A stretch of 16,224 nucleotides of DNA from Myxococcota bacterium (GTDB taxonomy: Bacteria; Myxococcota_A; UBA796; GCA-2862545): positions 1-16,224 of the forward strand of contig JBCCQY010000190.1 in the NCBI GenBank assembly GCA_039208735.1, read 5' to 3'. The notes below the pieces were generated by a model that worked only from the letters and a program-made list of their open reading frames with translations, did not search any database and was not told the DNA's origin. Of the stretch, positions 6,402-14,693 are shown in pieces. Numbering within the stretch: position 1 is the stretch's first letter; every line of letters starts with the position of its first letter. The position numbers and the translations under genes were made by a program.

Positions 6402-8045
6402 TCAGTCGCAGGTCGCGCCCACCTCGTAGGGCCCGATGTCTGGCGCGCCGGCTCGACGCGCACCACGCGCGTCCACCTCCGGCCCACCAGCAACTCCACC
6501 ATCGATCGCAGGGCTGTTCGCAGCCACCGCGTGCAGCATCGTGCCGTTAACCACCTCTAACGCCCCCAACTGGGGATCTGCGAACGTGGAATCGGGGTAG
6601 GCGCGGCCGCGATCCACATCCGTCTTCACGAACTCCAGATGCCCGCCTAAATCCGTCAAGCGGCCGCCACCAAGGTGACGTTCTCCTTGGTTTTCGCCGA
6701 CCTCATTGAAGGCGAACAAGTTGTTCATCGCCGTGCCTTCAATGGCGGGCCGAATCCAGAAGGCACCCGCCGCACGACCCGCCACGTTGTAGGCAAAGAG
6801 GCTGTGCGACACGTGCAGGTCGCCCTCGCCATGGTAGGCAAACCCCGCCCCCGCATCGCGCTCCACCGAGTTGCCGCTGAACGTGGCGTTGTGAATCTCA
6901 ACGTCGCCTCTCCCATCGATCCACAGCCCGCCGCCCTGCTGTCCGCTGTGGTTGTCGGTAAACGAGCTGCTGACGATGCGCACGTCGGTCAACCCGTGGA
7001 CCCGCCCGGCTCCTCCCTTGTCGCCCGTCGTCGCATTGTCGTGAACCACGCTGTGCTCAATCCGAATGGTGTCGCGCGGATACCCCCACAACAACAACGC
7101 CCCGCCATCGCCGGTGCCCCGATTGCCTTGGATTCGCACGCGAATCAGGGTGATTTCCCCCACTGCCCCGGCGTCCGGATCGTTGGATGGCCCCGCGCCG
7201 TTGCCTCCGTCCGTAAAGAATGCGCCCGACCCTTCGGTCGCTTCGTTGTCCACAAAGATGCTGTCGTAGACTGCAACGGGCTCGAGGATGTTGTAGACGG
7301 CGCCGCTCTTCGCCCCACGGTTGCCGACGAAGCTGCTTCGTTCGATGCGCAGGCTGGCATTCTGCCGCGTGGCCACCGCCCCTCCACTCTTGCCGCGCTG
7401 CTCCCGCTCGCCCCGCGTGCCATCGTTGCCGAGGAACACCGAGTCCCGAATCACCGCCTCGATCCGCCAACCCACGAGGACCGCGCCGGCCGCGGCTCCC
7501 CGGTTGTGTTCAAAGCGACACCCGATGATCGCCACGGAACCTAAAGGGTTCGGGTTTTCCGGATCTCCTCGATCCGCCTGGCGAACCCACAAGGCCCCGG
7601 CCTCCTCTCGGGTGTCTCCGTTGCGGAACGTGAGCCCCACCAATGTGGAGTTCAACGCCTTTTCGAGGGTCATGATGCGGGTCCGCCCCCGACCGTCAAG
7701 CACAACCCCTGGTGCGGCACTCGCATCGATGGTCAGCGAACGCCGTACGATCAATTCGTCGTCGACCTCGATGACTTGGCCGGCGAGGTCAGGCGCAAAC
7801 CCAATGACGTCGCCTTCCATCGCTTGCGCCAATGCCTCACGCAGCGTGCCTGGGCCCTCCGAAGCGGGGCTCGTCACCAGGTGGTCCGGCGTTGGCGCAG
7901 ACCACGCGTAGGCCGTCGCAGGGTCGAAACCGAGCGGAGGCGGCGCCTCACACCCGTCGTTGCGTGGCCATGGCCCGGTCGCCTCGCCAAGGTCGGGTCC
8001 CACGGAGCCACATCCGACCAAGACCCCCACCAAGAATGTGCGCAC
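6402..8045 (-). CDS. Right-handed parallel beta-helix (Pmp/pectin-lyase-like) surface lipoprotein with choice-of-anchor-Q-like C-terminus
   Basis: GTG start after GGAGG; lipobox LVG-C12; GPGTLREALAQA motif; recurring FxxN...GGA units (FLGN, FVGN, FVDN, FTDN, FSGN, FAYN); tail DPQLGAL...SPAIDGG...DARGARR...DIGPYE. Confidence 0.85.
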   Translation of the reverse strand: MRTFLVGVLVGCGSVGPDLGEATGPWPRNDGCEAPPPLGFDPATAYAWSAPTPDHLVTSPASEGPGTLREALAQAMEGDVIGFAPDLAGQVIEVDDELIVRRSLTIDASAAPGVVLDGRGRTRIMTLEKALNSTLVGLTFRNGDTREEAGALWVRQADRGDPENPNPLGSVAIIGCRFEHNRGAAAGAVLVGWRIEAVIRDSVFLGNDGTRGEREQRGKSGGAVATRQNASLRIERSSFVGNRGAKSGAVYNILEPVAVYDSIFVDNEATEGSGAFFTDGGNGAGPSNDPDAGAVGEITLIRVRIQGNRGTGDGGALLLWGYPRDTIRIEHSVVHDNATTGDKGGAGRVHGLTDVRIVSSSFTDNHSGQQGGGLWIDGRGDVEIHNATFSGNSVERDAGAGFAYHGEGDLHVSHSLFAYNVAGRAAGAFWIRPAIEGTAMNNLFAFNEVGENQGERHLGGGRLTDLGGHLEFVKTDVDRGRAYPDSTFADPQLGALEVVNGTMLHAVAANSPAIDGGVAGGPEVDARGARRAGAPDIGPYEVGATCD

Positions 8046-8102
8046 CAGACCCTCCGGGGCCCCCCCTATCGAGATTTCAACCGGCTGGCGTTGCGCTGGG
8101 GC

Positions 8103-8621
8103 TCAAGCCTCGAGCCGGATCACGCGGCCCGAAAGCCCACGCCACCCCAACACGCTGATGATGATGTCAGCGACGTCGTCGAGGTAGACCCGCTCGTCGT
8201 GAATCACCACGTTGACCATCCTCGGATGCGCCTCCTCCGCCACATGAATCGCCGCCACCCCGCACTTTCCGACCTCGGCCTCACACCCCACGACGAGCGC
8301 CCCGCGCACATGCAACGACGGCAGGATGTGGCTCGCGACTCGATGCAGTTCAAGCGAAGGTGAAAGCGTGGAGCCCGGCAGGGCCACGACGTGATCGATC
8401 GGGGCGTGCGACCTCAACAACGCTGCGACCGAGGTGTCATCGGTGAAGTCCACCGCGACCGTGACGAGTGAAGGCCGTGCCCGCATGGCCCGTTGCGCTT
8501 CATCAAGGGCCGTTGTGCCTAGCGTGACCGTCGCCCCGCGGTCGAGGCAACCCCGTGCCACGTGCCATCCCAATCCCCATGCTTCCTCGAGCACCAGCAC
8601 GCGTCGTCCAGTCAGGGGCAC
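8103..8621 (-). CDS. Degenerate, shortened SDR/Rossmann-fold protein (probable non-catalytic)
   Basis: GTG start after GGAGG; LTGRRVLVL..GLGWHVA..RGATVTL, VDFTDDTSVAALL..IDHVV, AEEAHPRMVNVV and DDVADII..LSGRVIRLE follow the SDR template. TGxxxGxG reads LEEAWGLG and there is no YxxxK. Confidence 0.65.
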   Translation of the reverse strand: MPLTGRRVLVLEEAWGLGWHVARGCLDRGATVTLGTTALDEAQRAMRARPSLVTVAVDFTDDTSVAALLRSHAPIDHVVALPGSTLSPSLELHRVASHILPSLHVRGALVVGCEAEVGKCGVAAIHVAEEAHPRMVNVVIHDERVYLDDVADIIISVLGWRGLSGRVIRLEA

Positions 8622-8841
8622 GCCACCTCCGCTTCATGCAGGAGAACCCCGCCGTACTGGCGAGGGCTTTCAGGAGATTGCCCCTTGCGCGGGTGGGTGT
8701 CCTCCACCAACCTTCCTTAGCGACAAGCCCGATCCAGCTGCATCAACGACGTTCTGCGTAGCAGGGACTTCATCTGATGTCACCCATGCCTCTCTGATCG
8801 GCATGAGCGAGACACAAATCTATCGTCCTTCAATGCTGGTC

Positions 8842-8883
8842 CCGGCTCCGCACTTCAGCCGGATTATAATTCCTCAAACGGAG
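8842..8883 (+). promoter_or_regulatory. Putative sigma70 -10 box (TATAAT 8865-8870) with upstream inverted repeat and RBS of the SDR gene
   Basis: Perfect TATAAT in GC-rich DNA about 20 nt before ATG 8890; CCGGCT-N9-AGCCGG at 8842-8862; GGAG at 8880-8883; no canonical -35. Confidence 0.45.
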
Positions 8884-8889
8884 AACAAA

Positions 8890-9696
8890 ATGAGCAAGAC
8901 CCGTTACGTCCTCCTGACCGGAGGAACCCGAGGCATCGGAGTTCATGCGGCCGAAGCGCTCGCCGAAGCAGGATGGACCATCGTGCTCGTCGGCCGCACG
9001 ATGGAGGCTCTGGAACGCGTTGCCAGGCCCATCCAAGCCCGGCGCGGCCTGCGTTCGGTCCAGCCGGAGGTGCTCGACCTTGCCGGACTCGAGTGGAACG
9101 TCGGCATCAACCACGTGGGCCATGCGCATTTGACGTGGGGCTTGCTCGACCGACTCCAAGCCAACGCCCCCATCGTGCTTACCAGTTCGGGAGCCCACCG
9201 CCTCGAGCAAGACATGCCATACATGAAGGCACCCCGGTGGCCTTCAGCCGAAGAGCTGCTGTGGGCTCCCACCGATGATCCCGAGATGGAACAGCGTCGC
9301 TACCCCTCGTCAAAGCTCTGCAATGCCCTCTTCGCGGTCGAGCTTGAACGGCGGCTCAAGGTACGGAGTCGGATCAACGAGCCTGGCTTTGTGCCGGGAA
9401 CGGGTTTGGCCAGAGATCAACCTGCGATCGCCTCGTTCCTCTTCACTTGGATCATGCCGGCCTTTGCCGCGTGGTTCCCCGACGGCCACACCGCACGCCA
9501 TGCCGGACGACACCTGGCGCAGATGGTGCTCGAGCCCCCCTCGGCATCCCTCGTGGTCGTGGACCAACCGCGGCCTCTACCCGAAGTTGATCGCGATGAG
9601 GTGCGGGCCACCGAACTGTGGACGGCTACGCTGCAAGCAATTGCCCGGATTCGAACCTCCTCCTCCTCAATACGACATTCCGTTGGAGGACCGTGA
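8890..9696 (+). CDS. SDR family oxidoreductase (retinol dehydrogenase/WWOX/POR-like subgroup) with an internal in-frame deletion; possible pseudogene
   Basis: RBS and ATG at 8890; LLTGGTRGIG, VLDLA, INHVGHAHLT..LL, IVLTSSGAH, YPSSKLCN and PGFVPGTGLAR are present. The segment normally between LDLA and GxE..xNHxGH, which contains NNAG, is absent. Confidence 0.82.
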   Translation: MSKTRYVLLTGGTRGIGVHAAEALAEAGWTIVLVGRTMEALERVARPIQARRGLRSVQPEVLDLAGLEWNVGINHVGHAHLTWGLLDRLQANAPIVLTSSGAHRLEQDMPYMKAPRWPSAEELLWAPTDDPEMEQRRYPSSKLCNALFAVELERRLKVRSRINEPGFVPGTGLARDQPAIASFLFTWIMPAFAAWFPDGHTARHAGRHLAQMVLEPPSASLVVVDQPRPLPEVDRDEVRATELWTATLQAIARIRTSSSSIRHSVGGP

Positions 9697-9717
9697 GCCC
9701 ACCATTTAGTAGAGGGC

Positions 9718-10407
9718 ATGGCCGTTCCGATGCTCACCGCCAACGTCAAGGCCGAGGGTCACGGACGCGCCTTGGCGGGAACCAAGATGTTTCCTCCCGG
9801 CGCCCGCCTCGTGCTTCGTTGCCCGTTGCGTTGGGACAGCGCGCGGGCCATCGGTGTCGCCCGCGGCTCTCGCCGCATCGTCGAAGCGTGGATAAAAACG
9901 GACCGTCTCACGAATTGGCGTTGCACCTGGGTCCATCGACCCGCCATCCTTCGCAAGCTGCTCGCCCGAGCGGTCGACACGTCGGAGGAGCTTCGGGCGC
10001 TGGCGTATGCCCTTGCAAGTCACGATCTGGGTACCCCACCCTTTCTCGAGGCCCTCGATCAGCTTGTGGGCCAGGCCGACCGCCCCCTTCCCATTCGCTT
10101 GAGGATGATGGGGGCCTGGTCGGAGCATGAAGCCACACGAGCGGCGGAATGGCTAGGTCGAAACGATGGAGACATCAACGTTCGGTCCCTCCGGGAGCGG
10201 GGGCGCCAGGTCGTGGCCATCGCCCAAACGCTCGAATCGGCGGCGGCGGCGGCCCTCGTTGAACAGGTCCAGACCGACCTGGAACGAACCGATGACGCCA
10301 CGCTCCCGCCGTCGCTGTTGGTGCTCGACGACTGGCTCCGCGAGCACGGGCCGACCCTTGAACCCGACCAACTCGTCAGGCTCCTCCGTCGACTCTCGCA
10401 AACCTGA
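9718..10407 (+). CDS. Hypothetical protein (basic N-terminal part, helical C-terminal part)
   Basis: 229-aa ORF filling the gap between co-directional neighbours; AGAGGG just upstream; no family recognised. Confidence 0.6.
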   Translation: MAVPMLTANVKAEGHGRALAGTKMFPPGARLVLRCPLRWDSARAIGVARGSRRIVEAWIKTDRLTNWRCTWVHRPAILRKLLARAVDTSEELRALAYALASHDLGTPPFLEALDQLVGQADRPLPIRLRMMGAWSEHEATRAAEWLGRNDGDINVRSLRERGRQVVAIAQTLESAAAAALVEQVQTDLERTDDATLPPSLLVLDDWLREHGPTLEPDQLVRLLRRLSQT

Positions 10408-10482
10408 AGGACGTCAAGCGATACCGGCGTCAGCTCGCCAAACGAGCCTCGACTTCCGAGGACGCTGGTTAAGTCGAAGTCC

Positions 10483-11241
10483 ATGCGCCCGACCTTTGTG
10501 TTGCGCGTCCTCCGCGCATCCGACCCGAACTCGCTGCCGACTGGCTTGTCGTTCATCCTCAATAAAGACGTGATCGTGGGCCGGTCGCCCGATGCGGATA
10601 TCGTCCTTCCCGATGGCTCGATATCGCGGCACCACATCAAAATTGAGCTGGGGCCTCCTATTCGAGTCACTGCGCTTACCGACACAAATGGGACGTTTTG
10701 CGATGGCCATCAACGGGTGACCCCAGGGACGCCCTTTGTCACCACTCAAAACAGCGTGCTCATTCAGTTGGGTGGCGCGCACGTCAAGGTGAGCCCCCTG
10801 ACCGCCACCGACCCCGTTTGGGACCTGATGCCCTCGCCGCAGCCCCTCCCGCCACCGACCAAGGCCATTGAAGTGGTGTGGGATGCGGGGCAGTGCCTCG
10901 TGCGGTGTGCGAACGTCGACTTGCCCATCAACGGTTCGGCCTCCTGTCTTTTTGGACTCCTCGCCGATGAAGTCGGTCACGTGGTTCACCACTGGGATCT
11001 CGAGCAGGGGGTAGGCACGAAGCACCTCGCTCCCCTCGCCACGGCTATTCGACGCGCCCTTTGCGACGCCCACATCAACGGTTTGGTCGATCTCAAGGCC
11101 CTCGCCACGCGCGCGGCGGGCAACCAACCGATTCCGACCCATGACCTCGCCGCATTGGGTCGATGGATTGTCCACAGCCGGCGCGGCCATGGCTATGCCC
11201 TCCAACTCCATCCCGACGACGTCCAGGTTCGACGGGTGTAA
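10483..11241 (+). CDS. FHA-domain protein with C-terminal OmpR/PhoB-like winged-helix domain (putative transcription regulator)
   Basis: FHA motifs VGRSPDADIVL, SISRHH and TNGTF; Pro-rich linker; C-terminal LFGLLADEVGHVVHHWDL...LATAIRRAL...IVHSRRGHGYAL resembles Trans_reg_C. Confidence 0.82.
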   Translation: MRPTFVLRVLRASDPNSLPTGLSFILNKDVIVGRSPDADIVLPDGSISRHHIKIELGPPIRVTALTDTNGTFCDGHQRVTPGTPFVTTQNSVLIQLGGAHVKVSPLTATDPVWDLMPSPQPLPPPTKAIEVVWDAGQCLVRCANVDLPINGSASCLFGLLADEVGHVVHHWDLEQGVGTKHLAPLATAIRRALCDAHINGLVDLKALATRAAGNQPIPTHDLAALGRWIVHSRRGHGYALQLHPDDVQVRRV

Positions 11242-11243
11242 CC

Positions 11244-12452
11244 TCAAACGGCGCGGACGTGACGCGTGGATGCGGCCCATTCCAAAAAGGACTGAATCGG
11301 CTGGGTAAGGGCTTGTGCCTCAGGCCCGAGCCAGAACGGCCCACGACCCGAGCGCTCCAAAATAAGCTGCCCCCTCGTGTTTGGATCGTCGACGACCAGG
11401 CGCTGGAAATGAGGTTGGTCGACGACGTGGGTGAGGCATCGCTTCGCGTCGCTTAGCCGCACATGGAGCACTTTGGAGCTGGAAAGCGCCTGGAGGGCAG
11501 ACCAATCGCCCTGACCGGCGTTCGACAAATGTACGGGACCGGACGTGGTTGGAAAGTAGGCCGGCGCCCTGGCCAGTTCGTCGAGAGTGACGCAGAAGCT
11601 CGCTTGTTCGTTGACACGTCGCACGTTGACAAACGGGAAGAGCATCAGCATCAAGCTCAGCGACCAAGGTACAGTAGCCGCGACGTTCTGCACCTCATCC
11701 AGCTCGAGTCGCCAGGCCTTTCCATCCCGAGCCAAACGAATGGCTTCGCCGGGCTTACGAAACAGGCGCACGGTGGACACCGCGTCAGGCACGGCGTCAA
11801 GCACCTGCCGAATCGCTTCGACGGGTTCCTCTTCTCGAAACGCAGGCGACACGTCAAGCCCGAGGTCCGGCACCCGAAGGCCGTTCAGCAGCGGCCAGTG
11901 GCGCAACTCCAATAGATCCAGTCGTCGGGCGGTGAGTCCCTTCCAGACCGAGGAAGAGAGGTTCGGCGTGCCACGAACCGATAGCGCGGTAAGTCGAAAG
12001 GGAAGCCCCTCAAACCGCAACATCCGCGCCGGCAGCCCACGCAAGACCTGGAGATGCCGGAGTTCGGAACAATGAAGTAAACTAAACAGGCCACGAACCT
12101 TCGTCGTTGCGACGTTCAAGCGCCGCATCGTGAAGAGCGCACCCGCGGAACGATCGAGCCCCAGCACCTCATCCCGAAGGGTTGCTTCGACAACGAAGCC
12201 ATTTTCGACCTCGAAGGTGAATCGATCGCAAAAGCCGAAGCCAAACCAACTGCGCTGGTGCTCTTGGAGCAAACGTCGTTCTTCAGACGAGGGCGCCTTG
12301 TGGGCCGGTCGCTCAAGCTGGAGCTGGATGAAACGGCCACGGGGATTGCCCTGGGCCTCGAGGTGACGAGCGTAGGCCCAACGCGCTTCCTGGTCGTCAG
12401 GTGACACCGCGATCGCCTGCCGCAAGGCTTCCTCAACGCCTGGGTGGTTCAT
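11244..12452 (-). CDS. TIGR02996 (repeat-companion) domain protein with degenerate LRR-like body
   Basis: N-terminal EEALRQAIAVSPDDQEARWAYARHLEAQGNPRGRFIQLQL, then ENGFV and LxxL units (LRHLQVL, LTALSV, LDLLEL). Start 12452 overlaps the upstream stop as ATGA. Confidence 0.78.
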   Translation of the reverse strand: MNHPGVEEALRQAIAVSPDDQEARWAYARHLEAQGNPRGRFIQLQLERPAHKAPSSEERRLLQEHQRSWFGFGFCDRFTFEVENGFVVEATLRDEVLGLDRSAGALFTMRRLNVATTKVRGLFSLLHCSELRHLQVLRGLPARMLRFEGLPFRLTALSVRGTPNLSSSVWKGLTARRLDLLELRHWPLLNGLRVPDLGLDVSPAFREEEPVEAIRQVLDAVPDAVSTVRLFRKPGEAIRLARDGKAWRLELDEVQNVAATVPWSLSLMLMLFPFVNVRRVNEQASFCVTLDELARAPAYFPTTSGPVHLSNAGQGDWSALQALSSSKVLHVRLSDAKRCLTHVVDQPHFQRLVVDDPNTRGQLILERSGRGPFWLGPEAQALTQPIQSFLEWAASTRHVRAV

Positions 12453-14656
12453 CGCATTTCCGAGATCGAAAGGGCCCGTTCCCACATTCGCAAGTAACCT
12501 TCTGCACTTCGGAAGAGCGGTTCGAGGTCCGACTCGTTCACCGCATCCTGCCGAGCATCCTCGAGGAGTTCGGGCATCATCCCAATGTGCACAAACCCCT
12601 CTTCATTAAAGTCGACGCGGCGTGTTCCCACGAACGGTTCAGTAAACGTGACTCCTTCGTCGCCCCATGCCGTGAATGGATAGGTGACGGGATTGGACTG
12701 GGGCGTGGGACAGGCACCTTCCGCAAATCGCCCGCCTCGTGCCCCTGCGAAGCCATTCAGGTCAAAGCCAAACCCTTCCGCAAGGTATCCACCGGCCGCC
12801 TCAATCTGACGGAGCCGGTTGCGCAACGACCCCAGCAACGCGCCCGCATTCTCGGCATCCTGGCATCGTCGGATCGAGGTCTTTGAGACGCCACCATGCA
12901 CGTAGAGCTGGCCGTTGTTGGTATTCCCATGGGTTCCTGCGGCCGGGTACTCCGCCTCATCCAGCAGGGCGACGGTTTGGGCATACGATCGCCGAGGCAA
13001 ATGATCGATTTCGATGATCATGCCGCGGTCCATGAGCTGTTCGATGAGGAACCGCCCCAGCGGCGTGAGGCCCGCCTGCTGGCAGTAATCCCCGTCCAGC
13101 GCGGGCTCGGTGAGCCGGGCAAAGAACGGCAGGGACACGCCAAGCGGGTCATCGGCAAATCCGCTGAGGTCATTGGGAGGAGGCGCGAAGTAGTCGTCCC
13201 GCGGCTGGTTGAGCCCACCAAACACCACGGGCCCTTCATCAAACACGCTTGGCACATCCGGGCAATCGCCAGTCACAAAGTTGGAAAAGTGCCCGCTATT
13301 GAGGAAATTTCCAAGCTCAATGAAGTTTCGATCCCCATCCCCCGCCGAAAACTGATTGTCATACTTGTGAACCGGGAAGATCGCCCGTACACCCCGTTTG
13401 TAGTACAGTTCCAGTTGCTCGAGCACCCACGCTTCATCGCAAAGGGGTCCTCCATCGCGTGGCACGAGCCGGCACTGAAACAAATCCGAGGTCTCAATAC
13501 CAAGAATAACCGCGAGCTTTCCCGATCGAATGACGTCACGGGCTTCCGCGGGAGACGTCACGATGCGGAACCATCCTTCGCCCACCCCACCGGCCTGGGC
13601 ATCGAGGTAGCGCTCCATCGCGTACATTTCGTCAATCTGACGGTCGACCGATACCATGTCGCCGCAGGAATAGCGCCGCGGCAGATTCCCCGCCCCGGTA
13701 CTCAACTCACACAAAACGGCGTTGGTCGTTGCATGCTGGACGATGAGACGCAGCCCCGCCAGGTACGCCCGCTCGATCCACCGGTGGTACTCGGTCTGGT
13801 GCGTCGATCGACGGACCGCGTCGGGCCACTCGGTGAAATCGGGGTACCCGGCCGTGGCATGGTTGTCTTCCGGCAACTCACCGGCCAGAAGCCCCCCGAG
13901 CACCTGTTCGACGTCGATCCCATCGGCCCCTCCTGCATCAAAGGCGGCCCCGATGAAGTCCTTGCGCCCGTTCTCTCCGTGCGAACGTTCGCAATCGGGC
14001 AAAGCATGTGCAACGCCCAGCCGGTGAAACGGAGCCCCATGGTAAATGCCTCCGCCCCCGAAGCCCCAGTTGGACATGATGTGTGCATGGGTATCGACGA
14101 TGCCAAACAGGTCGCCATCATCGAAGGTGGTTCGTCCGACGGTGCCCTCCGCGTCAAGGGAAAGTTCGGGGGGAGCCGTACATCCCTCGACAGCCTCGAG
14201 CCTGATGCGCGGTCCACGGGTCGCCTCCGCGTCAAGCAGTCCTTGACGACCCAACAACCGGCCGGTTCGCCGATTCCGGAGCTGGGGACGGTCGGGACGT
14301 CGAACATCGGGCTCGACATCCCACTCTGCACCCGAGACGAAGGCATCATCGATGAGGGTGGCGTCCGACTCGAGGGTGGTTTGACGCAGTAAGCGACCCG
14401 CTTCTTCCGCGACCAGATAGCCCCCGTCTCGATCGTAGAGCAGGTAGGTGCCAAGGTCGGCCGGAGCCAAATGCAGACGTGCCGGCTCCCCGTCTCTCGA
14501 AAAGCGAAAGCCGTCTTCCCCGTCGCGCACAAGCGGTCGGCCGTCGGCGGTAACTGTGACACATTGATGGGCGAATGCGGTTTCGTCGATCGGCTCGGGG
14601 CCCGAGCACGAAACGACCACCCCGATTGCCGGAAGCAAAGCTCGGAGGTTCGTCAT
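12449..14656 (-). CDS. Amidohydrolase-superfamily lipoprotein, membrane dipeptidase (M19) / sphingolipid ceramide N-deacylase-like
   Basis: Lipobox VVS-C17; metal-binding DTHAH; FRIVTSPAEARDVIRSGKLAVILGIE; GVRAIFPVHKYDN; GLTPLGRFLIEQLMDRGMIIEIDHL; GFGFDLNGF; GFVHIGMMPELL; SAEGYLRMWER. Confidence 0.82.
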   Translation of the reverse strand: MTNLRALLPAIGVVVSCSGPEPIDETAFAHQCVTVTADGRPLVRDGEDGFRFSRDGEPARLHLAPADLGTYLLYDRDGGYLVAEEAGRLLRQTTLESDATLIDDAFVSGAEWDVEPDVRRPDRPQLRNRRTGRLLGRQGLLDAEATRGPRIRLEAVEGCTAPPELSLDAEGTVGRTTFDDGDLFGIVDTHAHIMSNWGFGGGGIYHGAPFHRLGVAHALPDCERSHGENGRKDFIGAAFDAGGADGIDVEQVLGGLLAGELPEDNHATAGYPDFTEWPDAVRRSTHQTEYHRWIERAYLAGLRLIVQHATTNAVLCELSTGAGNLPRRYSCGDMVSVDRQIDEMYAMERYLDAQAGGVGEGWFRIVTSPAEARDVIRSGKLAVILGIETSDLFQCRLVPRDGGPLCDEAWVLEQLELYYKRGVRAIFPVHKYDNQFSAGDGDRNFIELGNFLNSGHFSNFVTGDCPDVPSVFDEGPVVFGGLNQPRDDYFAPPPNDLSGFADDPLGVSLPFFARLTEPALDGDYCQQAGLTPLGRFLIEQLMDRGMIIEIDHLPRRSYAQTVALLDEAEYPAAGTHGNTNNGQLYVHGGVSKTSIRRCQDAENAGALLGSLRNRLRQIEAAGGYLAEGFGFDLNGFAGARGGRFAEGACPTPQSNPVTYPFTAWGDEGVTFTEPFVGTRRVDFNEEGFVHIGMMPELLEDARQDAVNESDLEPLFRSAEGYLRMWERALSISEMR

Positions 14657-14693
14657 CGCATGACGTTACACCCAGCGGCGCCCGGCCGTACAC

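Noticed and set aside
8434..8889. 152-aa N-terminal extension of the SDR ORF
   Set aside because: Overlaps the opposite gene, composition is not protein-like, and -10/RBS signals point to 8890.
12453..12485. Upstream start for the TIGR02996 gene
   Set aside because: ATG 12452 gives a standard ATGA overlap and puts the domain at the N-terminus.
12896..14392. 498-aa + strand ORF (likewise 3373-4305, 4833-5558, 6675-7544, 10414-11280, 14835-15629)
   Set aside because: Antisense shadows of motif-bearing genes, expected from high-GC codon bias; no recognisable domains.
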